64,000 nucleotides of DNA, from assembly GCA_950097015.1 (NCBI GenBank), contig CATNEN010000034.1:3348001-3412000 (forward strand), given 5' to 3'. The notes under the pieces were generated by a model. It was not told where the DNA came from. It was given only the letters and a program-made list of their open reading frames with translations, and made no database searches. A program made the translations under genes and the position numbers. Source of the stretch: Macrostomum hystrix (lineage: Eukaryota; Animalia; Platyhelminthes). Below are positions 42,401 to 50,400 of the stretch, one piece after another (position 1 is the first letter of the stretch; every line of letters begins with the position of its first letter).

Positions 42401-44106
42401 ATGGAGGATTGTCTTGGGACTGACTGGTTTCTCATGGAGGATTGTCTTGGGACTGACTGGTTTCTCATGGAGGATTGTCTTGGGACTGACTGGCTTTTCA
42501 TGGAGGATTGTCTTGGGACTGACTGGCTTTTCATGGAGGATTGTCTTGGGACTGACTGGTTTCTCATTGAGGATTGTCTTGGGACTGACTGGTTTCTCAT
42601 GGAGGATTGTCTTGGGACTGACTGGTTTCTCATGGAGGATTGTCTTGGGACTGACTGGCTTTTCATGGAGGATTGTCTTGGGACTGACTGGTTTCTCATT
42701 GAGGATTGTCTTGGGACTGACTGGTTTCTCATGGAGGATTGTCTTGGGACTGACTGGCTTTTCATGGAGGATTGTCTTGGGACTGACTGGCTTTTCATGG
42801 AGGATTGTCTTGGGACTGACTGGTTTCTCATTGAGGATTGTCTTGGGACTGACTGGTTTCTCATGGAGGATTGTCTTGGGACTGACTGGTTTCTCATGGA
42901 GGATTGTCTTGGGACTGACTGGTTTCTCATTGAGGATTGTCTTGGGACTGACTGGTTTCTCATGGAGGATTGTCTTGGGACTGACTGGTTTCTCATTGAG
43001 GATTGTCTTGGGACTGACTGGTTTCTCATTGAGGATTGTCTTGGGACTGACTGGTTTCTCATTGAGGATTGTCTTGGGACTGACTGGTTTCTCATGGAGG
43101 ATTGTCTTGGGACAGACTGGTTTTTCATGGAGGATTGTCTTGGGACTGACTGGCTTTTCATGGAGGATTGTCTTGGGACTGACTGGTTTCTCATGGAGGA
43201 TTGTCTTGGGACTGACTGGTTTCTCATTGAGGACTGTCTTGGGACTGACTGGTTTCTCATTGAGGATTGTCTTGGGACTGACTGGTTTTTCATGGAGGAT
43301 TGTCTTGGGACTGACTGGTTTCTCATTGAGGACTGTCTTGGGACTGACTGGTTTCTCATTGAAGATTGTCTTGTGAAGAGACCGCATTATTAAATTATGG
43401 TACAATTCAATATTTAGGCTTCAGTTAAAACTTGCTCACTCTTGAGACTTACTTGAGCAAAGAGGAAAAGCAAATACCTTTGAGCACAGAGTACAGTAGT
43501 GAGTCTGCTCGTGGCGGTCGTGCTCACACCGTTTCCATAGTGGCATGAGCATGAGCATGAGCACAGAATAGGCACAATATGCACGGCAGATATGCGCTTT
43601 GCAGTAATGTGCGTCCAAGCATTAGCTTGGAGTGTGAGGTGGCTTAGTTGCTCAATTCAAGAGGACCATTGTGCGTACAGAAAGTGAGCAATTTAAATCG
43701 TAGGAAAAGATGCTGAGTATAAGCCTATATATTAACATTTTTTTAGACCTTCTTCATCTCTTCTACATCAAGAAATTTGCTGACATCTCTCTGAAAACTA
43801 ATACTTTTTTCGCATCACTTGCGGAGTGACATCAAAGTAGAATTGGTGAGCAGAAATTTATGAATTCATCTCTTTTTAATTGAACTCTGAATTTGGAAAA
43901 TATAACGGCCTATTTCTGCATGTCCAATATTGTTGCCAGACAGGCAGACTAGCTTCGGTACTTTCAAATACTAAAATATTCATGACCAATAGATGTCTGT
44001 GTTTAAGTCCATTCTTGATACTAGCTCGTGCACTCTAAATTTAAATTGGCTGAAATTCGTTTCTAGTCTCAACTCACAGTAATCCTAAACCAGTCAATTA
44101 TTTGCT

Positions 44107-45486
44107 TCTGGATGAGCTCATTTCATTCTTCAAGATGAGCTCATTACATTCTTCTAGATGAGCTCATTACATGCTTCTAGATGAGCTCATTACATTCTTC
44201 TAGATGAGTTCATTACATTCTTCTAGATGAGTTCATTACATGCTTCTAGATGGGCTCATTACATTCTTCTAGATGAGTTCATTACATGCTTCTAGATGAG
44301 TTCATTACATGCTTCTAGATGAGCTCATTACATGCTTCTAGATGAGTTCATTACATGCTTCTAGATGAGCTCATTACATGCTTCTAGATGAGCTCATTAC
44401 ATTCTTCTAGATGAGCTCATTACATTCTTCTAGATGAGTTCATTACATTCTTCTAGATGAGCTCATTACATTCTTCAAGATGAGCTCATTACATTCTTCT
44501 AGATGAGCTCAGTACATTCTTCAAGATGAGCTCATTACATTCTTCTAGATGAGCTCATTACATGCTTCTAGATGAGCTCATTACATTCTTCTAGATGAGC
44601 TCATTACATTCTTCTAGATGAGCTCATTACATGCTTCTAGATGAGCTCATTACATTCTTCTAGATGAGTTCATTACATTCTTCTAGATGAGTTCATTACA
44701 TGCTTCTAGATGGGCTCATTACATTCTTCTAGATGAGTTCATTACATGCTTCTAGATGAGCTCATTACATGCTTCTAGATGAGCTCATTACATTCTTCTA
44801 GATGAGCTCATTACATTCTTCTAGATGAGCTCATTACATTCTTCTAGATGAGCTCATTACATTCTTCAAGATGAGCTCATTACATTCTTCTAGATGAGCT
44901 CATTACATGCTTCTAGATGAGCTCATTACATGCTTCTAGATGGGCTCATTACATTCTTCTAGATGAGTTCATTACATGCTTCTAGATGAGCTCATTACAT
45001 GCTTCTAGATGAGCTCATTACATGCTTCTAGATGAGCTCATTACATGCTTCTAGATGAGCTCATTACATTCTTCTAGATGAGCTCATTACATTCTTCTAG
45101 ATGAGCTCATTACATTCTTCTAGATGAGCTCATTACATGCTTCTAGATGAGCTCATTACATGCTTCTAGATGAGCTCATTACATTCTTCTAGATGAGTTC
45201 ATTACATGCTTCTAGATGAGTTCATTACATGCTTCTAGATGAGCTCATTACATTATTCTAGATGAGTTCATTACATTCTTCTAGATGAGCTCATTACATG
45301 CTTCTAGATGAGCTCATTACATGCTTCTAGATGGGCTCATTACATTCTTCTAGATGAGTTCATTACATGCTTCTAGATGAGCTCATTACATGCTTCTAGA
45401 TGAGTTCATTACATGCTTCTAGATGGGCTCATTAAATTCTTCTCGATGAGTTCATTACATGCTTCTAGATGACCTCATTACATGCA
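44107..45486. repeat. 23-bp minisatellite A, 60 units (TCTAGATGAGCTCATTACATKCT)
   Basis: 1380 bp = exactly 60x23. Each unit holds the palindromes ATGAGCTCAT and TCTAGA. Variants GAGTTC, GGGCTC and TCAAGA occur. Confidence 0.97.
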
Positions 45487-45706
45487 TGTACATCAGTTGA
45501 TTATATGCCTGTACATCAGTTGATTATATGCCTGTACATCAGTTGATTATATGCCTGTACATCAGTTGATTATATGCCTGTACATCAGTTGATTATATGC
45601 CTGTACATCAGTTGATTATATGCCTGTACATCAGTTGATTATATGCCTGTACATTAGTTTATTACACGCCTGTACATTAGTCAATTATATGCCTGTACAT
45701 GAGTCC
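45487..45706. repeat. 23-bp minisatellite B (TGTACATCAGTTGATTATATGCC), 7 perfect plus 2-3 diverged units
   Basis: Unit starts at 45487, 45510 ... 45648, 45671, 45694. It directly abuts array A in the same register. Confidence 0.95.
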
Positions 45707-45755
45707 ACTTAACTTCTCCCATCTAAAACCCGGAGCACAGTGAGTTAGCCTGTCG

Positions 45756-46589
45756 ATGGGCACAGCAGCCGGCAAGGAGGAGCCGCCGCCGCCTCGGTGG
45801 CGCGAGGCCGGCCGCACGGTGCCGGATCCCCGCGATCCGCCCGACGAGGAAGGCATCGGCCGCGACTTCGACTTCGGCGAAAGGCAGCGCCGGCAGGCCC
45901 CGGAGCGCGCTGCACCAACTGGTGAGCGCGGCGCACGCGGTCGCGGCGTCGGCGACGTCGTTGGCGATCAGCCGCCGGGCGGCGGCGAGCGCGAGTTCAT
46001 CCGGGTCGGCGATCGGCTGGACAACAAGCCGATGGACAAGGTGCAGTACGGACTGAGCGACCCCAAGCGGGAGCAGTTCAAGGCGCCGGTGGACAAGCGA
46101 AAGCTTCGCGGCACGGTGGCCACGCAGAAGCAGCCGGGCGCCAAGGCGGGCCGCCGGGTCCTCAACTGGGAGGAGGTGGACAGCAACAGCGCCTACGTTT
46201 TGATCTCCAAGCCGCAGCTTCTGACGGAGGACGCTGAGCCGTACAACAAGCGTCCGCTGCCCACCTTTCGCCGCGGCGCCGACGTCGCTGAGCTGGACGA
46301 CGAGGAGCTGCAGGCCCGGAAGGAGGCGGAGCGGCGGCCCTTGGAGCAGCAAGTAGATCCGGGTGTCAACATCGACGGAATGGACATCGACGCCGTTGGC
46401 TATCAGCCCCGCCTGGACCCGCTGCCGCTGCTGCTGCCGCGCAAGGCCACGGTGCCGAGGGAGGACTACCTGGGCACCGCCTGCGGCCAGGACGCGCTCG
46501 GCGTGGAAGACGACGGCTACGCCAGGGACGTAGGGCGACTGCCGAACGGCGAGAGAATAAACATGCTGCGCATCATTAGCCAGTTCTGA
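45756..46589 (+). CDS. Uncharacterised 277-aa G/R/P/E/D-rich protein (single exon, or terminal coding exon)
   Basis: ATG-to-TGA ORF coinciding with a sharp GC-rich island in AT-rich flanks, with strong G/C bias at third codon positions on the + strand. No family recognised by eye. Confidence 0.8.
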   Translation: MGTAAGKEEPPPPRWREAGRTVPDPRDPPDEEGIGRDFDFGERQRRQAPERAAPTGERGARGRGVGDVVGDQPPGGGEREFIRVGDRLDNKPMDKVQYGLSDPKREQFKAPVDKRKLRGTVATQKQPGAKAGRRVLNWEEVDSNSAYVLISKPQLLTEDAEPYNKRPLPTFRRGADVAELDDEELQARKEAERRPLEQQVDPGVNIDGMDIDAVGYQPRLDPLPLLLPRKATVPREDYLGTACGQDALGVEDDGYARDVGRLPNGERINMLRIISQF

Positions 46590-46685
46590 CCCGATGGAGG
46601 CTTCAGGAACGCTGCCGATTCTAGTCTGGGATGTATCAAATAGCTCTCTGGTTGCTTCATAATGTTGATTTAGATTCTGTTATTT

Positions 46686-46699
46686 GTTGCCATGGCAAC
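46686..46699. promoter_or_regulatory. Perfect palindromic RFX X-box GTTGCCATGGCAAC
   Basis: Exact 14-bp match to the canonical X-box bound by RFX factors. Function here is untested. Confidence 0.6.
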
Positions 46700-46769
46700 G
46701 AACAGTGCGCGGTGATTCACAAGGTTACGAGTTTGCTGATGTACATATCCTGGCGATTCTGGATAACAA

Positions 46770-47332
46770 ATGCTGGTGAATTTGCACGACAAGGCACCAA
46801 GCCTTCTCTCCGCTGCTGCGCCCCAATCGCGATCTCCCACTCACCACATTGTCTTTGGAACGCTGGCATTGTTGATACTTATCTTAAGTAATATTAGCTA
46901 GCTTTCGCATTTTATATTACGCGATCAGCACTTGTAGAAATCTTGCTTGCTTTTAATTTGTTTCTTCCCATACGGAATTCAGCATTCATTGTCCATAAAT
47001 AAACATGGCTTGTTATGGTGGACTTCAGTGTCGTAATCAAGAACTAACAATTTTGATAGTGCATTTGTATTTGAATTTTATTTGAACATTACTAACACAG
47101 GCTTGCACTTCGTTGCTTGAGATTGTGCCCAGAACTTTCAGTTATGATTCTTATTCTTGTCCTGGAACACCGGATGTGTGCTCATGGGCTCATTGCACGC
47201 CGAAGCTGCTTTCGTGCCGTCGACCTTGCAGGTTCTTTGCTAGCTGCAGTGAAGGAGGAAGGGAAGGGGTTGGCTGCCGTCATTCACGATTCTCTTATGA
47301 AACTTCTAGCTTCTTCTCGAGCTGATCTCTAA
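46770..47332 (+). CDS. Possible small spliced gene; one model (46770-46887 + 47142-47332) gives a 102-aa single-pass membrane protein
   Basis: GT at 46888 marks a shift to AT-rich DNA. Candidate acceptors are TACTAACACAG (47100) and CTTTCAG (47141). The phase-1 join builds IVFGTLALLILILIMILILVL. Other frames and acceptors are equally possible and no homology was recognised. Confidence 0.3.
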
Positions 47333-47511
47333 AGAAACTGTCCAACTGGAGAGAAAAACCGGCTGCTATTCTGATGGTCGAAGATGAATGGCTTGCTTTG
47401 GCCCTAAATTGAGAAGAAACATTATACACAGCTTTAAATAAAACATTGTATGTGGTCAGTATACCCTGTGTTGTGGCTTTGGGTTCACGAGGCATTACTA
47501 GACTAGTATAG

Positions 47512-48633
47512 GCAGGCGAGGCAGTAGTTAAGCAGGTGAGGCAGCATAGATATGTAGGTGAGGGAGTAAAAAAAGCAGGTGAGGCAGTAAAAAAAGCAGG
47601 TGAGGCAGTAAAAAAGCAGGTGAGGCAGTATAGACAAGCAGTTAAGGGAGTAGATAAGCAGGTGAGGCAGAATAGACAAGCAGTTAAGGGAGTAGATAAG
47701 CAGGTGAGGCAGTATAGACAAGCAGTTAAGGGAGTAGATAAGCAGGTGAGGCAGTATAGACAAGCAGATGAGACAGTAGATAAGCAGGTGAGGCAGAATA
47801 GACAAGCAGTTAAGGGAGTAGATAAGCAGGTGACGCAGTATAGACAAGCAGTTAAGGGAGTAGATAAGCAGGTGAGGCAGTATAGACAAGCAGTTAAGGG
47901 AGTAGATAAGCAGGTGAGGCAGTATAGACAAGCAGTTAAGGGAGTAGATAAGCAGGTGAGGCAGAATAGACAAGCAGTTAAGGGAGTAGATAAGCAGGTG
48001 AGGCAGTATAGACAAGCAGGTGAGACAGTAGATAAGCAGGTGAGGCAGTATAGACAAGCAGTTAAGGGAGTAGATAAGCAGGTGAGGCAGAATAGACAAG
48101 CAGTTAAGGGAGTAGATAAGCAGGTGAGGCAGTATAGACAAGCAGGTGAGACAGTAGATAAGCAGGTGAGGCAGTATAGACAAGCAGTTAAGGGAGTAGA
48201 TAAGCAGGTGAGGCAGTATAGACAAGCAGTTAAGGGAGTAGATAAGCAGGTGAGGCAGTATAGACAAGCAGTTAAGGGAGTAGATAAGCAGGTGAGGCAG
48301 AATAGACAAGCAGTTAAGGGAGTAGATAAGCAGGTGAGGCAGTATAGACAAGCAGGTGAGACAGTAGATAAGCAGGTGAGGCAGTATAGACAAGCAGGTG
48401 AGACAGTAGATAAGCAGGTGAGGCAGAATAGACAAGCAGTTAAGGGAGTAGATAAGCAGGTGAGGCAGTATAGACAAGCAGGTGAGACAGTAGATAAGCA
48501 GGTGAGGCAGTATAGACAAGCAGGTGAGACAGTAGATAAGCAGGTGAGGCAGTATAGACAAGCAGGTGAGACAGTAGATAAGCAGGTGAGGCAGTATAGA
48601 CAAGCAGGTGAGACAGTAGATAAGCAGGTGAGG
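47512..48633. repeat. 42-bp minisatellite (alternating 20-bp and 22-bp subunits) with 21-bp lead-in units
   Basis: GTAGATAAGCAGGTGAGGCA + GTATAGACAAGCAGTTAAGGGA (or ...GCAGGTGAGACA), about 24 dimers from 47608, preceded by GTAAAAAAAGCAGGTGAGGCA units. Confidence 0.95.
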
Positions 48634-48635
48634 TA

Positions 48636-49111
48636 GCATAGATTTGCAGGTCAGTCAGTATTGATTAGCAGGTGAGTCAGTATTGATTAGCAGGTGAGTC
48701 AGTGTTGATTAGCAGGTGATCAGTTTTGATTAGCAGGTGAGTCAGTATTGATTAGCAGGTGAGTCAGTATTGATTAGCAGGTGAGTCAGTATTGATTAGC
48801 AGGTGATCAGTTTTGATTAGCAGGTGAGTCAGTATTGATTAGCAGGTGAGTCAGTATTGATTAGCAGGTGAGTGTTGATTAGCAGGTGATCAGTATTGAT
48901 TAGCAGATGAGTCAGTATTGATTAGCAGGTGAGTCAGTATTGATTAGCAGGTGAGTCAGTATTGATTAGCAGGTGATCAGTTTTGATTAGCAGGTGAGTC
49001 AGTATTGATAAGCAGGTGAGTCAGTATTTATTAGCAGGTGAGTCAGTATTGATTAGCAGGTGAGTCAGTATTGATTAGCAGGTGAGTCAGTATTGATTAG
49101 CAGGTGAGTCA
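48636..49111. repeat. 22-bp minisatellite (GTATTGATTAGCAGGTGAGTCA), about 22 units, sibling of the 42-bp array
   Basis: Differs at 4 of 22 positions from the GTATAGACAAGCAGGTGAGACA subunit. Some units are shorter deletion variants. A degenerate tail continues to about 49250. Confidence 0.95.
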
Positions 49112-49683
49112 GTATAGCTAAGAAGGGAGACAGTTTAGCTAAAAAAAGGTTAAGAGAGAGGATAAAGACGGGAGACAGCATATCGTATGCAGGTAAGACA
49201 GTAGGTAAGCAAGTGAGATAGGGCAGTAGATTAACAGGTAAAACAGTTGTGTTCCCCTGCTGAGGGACTTGGTGCATAATTGAGACCTTGAGATTGAAGA
49301 AAGGCACTTGGGAAAAAGACACATCGAAGCAAATTTAGTGGCAATTATCAGCAGCAAATGAGTCCCATAGAAGCAAGGATTTATCGATCGCGTGCCAACG
49401 GGCCAGTTTAAGCAGCTGCCAGACTTCTCAGGCCTTGCGGCTGCGCTGATTTGAATTTTTTTTACATTCTGCTACTGAAAACATTAGACCCGTGCTTAAA
49501 TGTGGCAATCAGGTGTCGCAATTAAACCTTTGATGACTGGAGATTTTAAAATGCTACGAGTATAATAATTAATAGCCTATAGCGTGACTTGCCTCGAAGG
49601 TACGGAATTATATATTAGTTTATTTTATTGACAAAAACTTTACTGATTGCTCAGATACGCACTTGCTAAGTTTCTGAGATGCA

Positions 49684-50400
49684 GCGACAGGTTCGATACC
49701 GACACCTCTGTGACAGGTCAGCACCTCTGTGACAGGTTCGATACCGACAGCTCTGTGACAGGTTCGATACCGACACCCCTGTGACAGGTTCGATACCGAC
49801 ACCCCTGTGACAGGTTCGATACCGACACCCCTGTGATAGGTTCGATACCGACACCTCTGTGACAGGTTCGATACCGACACCCCTGTGACAGGTTCGATAC
49901 CGACACCCCTGTGACAGTTTCGATACCGACACCCCTGTGACAGGTTCGATACCGACACCCCTGTGACAGGTTCGATACCGACACCCCTGTGACAGGTTCG
50001 ATACCGACACCCCTGTGACAAGTTCGATACCGACACCTCTGTGACAGGTTCGATACCGACACCCCTGTGACAGGTTCGATACCGACACCCCTGTGACAGG
50101 TTCGATACCGACACCCCTGTGACAGGTTCGATACCGACACCCCTGTGATAGGTTCGATACCGACACCTCTGTTACAGGTTCGATACCGACACCCCTGTGA
50201 CAGGTTCGATACCGACACCCCTGTGACAGGTTCGATACCGACACCCCTGTGACAGGTTCGATACCGACACCCCTGTGACAGGTTCGATACCGACACCCCT
50301 GTGACAGGTTCGATACCGACACCCCTGTGACAGGTTCGATACCGACACCCCTGTGATAGGTTCGATACTGACACCTCTGTGACAGGTTCGATACCGACAC
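49684..50400. repeat. 26-bp minisatellite (CTGTGACAGGTTCGATACCGACACCC), about 27 units
   Basis: Period 26 (for example GTGAC at 49755 and 49781). Near-identical units, with one truncated unit near 49710. Confidence 0.97.

Larger units (their letters stand above)
1..43376. repeat. 33-bp tandem satellite array, at least 43.4 kb (about 1310 monomers), truncated by the left window edge
   Basis: Continuous head-to-tail copies of ATGGAGGATTGTCTTGGGACTGACTGGTTTCTC. Common variants: CTC/TTC, ATG/ATT, GGG/GTG, and a linked CTAGGAAAT type. Ends abruptly mid-monomer at ...GAAGATTGTCTTGTGA (43376). The + strand consensus is 23/33 G+T and has no CpG. Confidence 0.99.

Noticed and set aside
1-43376. CRISPR array
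   Set aside because: Units are head-to-tail with no unique spacers, there are no cas genes, and the context is eukaryotic.
1-43376. GGAGGA Shine-Dalgarno-like motif in every monomer
   Set aside because: Eukaryotic context, and the motif overlaps and follows the ATG rather than preceding it at the proper spacing.
31-43393. Very long ORFs (MEDCLGTDWFL)n, (WRIVLGLTGFS)n, (MRNQSVPRQSS)n, (HEKPVSPKTIL)n
   Set aside because: The 33-bp unit is a multiple of 3 and stop-free in four frames, so long ORFs are automatic. Variants fall at all codon positions, and stop-creating variants have been amplified many times.
43436-43618. C2H2 zinc-finger-like fragment RHEQTHYCTLCSKVF on the minus strand
   Set aside because: Only half-motifs are present, with no complete C-x2-C-x12-H-x3-H in one frame and a TTG start. 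It could be an exon but cannot be supported.
45723-46387. Minus-strand ORFs of 209, 63, 72 and 64 aa
   Set aside because: Antisense shadows of the GC-rich + strand CDS.
47503-48639. Minus-strand 378-aa (LPHLLIYCLTCLSI)n ORF
   Set aside because: By-product of the 42-bp period, with a non-ATG start and no independent coding signal.
49684-50400. tRNA gene cluster
   Set aside because: Only the T-loop/B-box 11-mer is present. There is no acceptor stem, D arm, anticodon arm or A-box.
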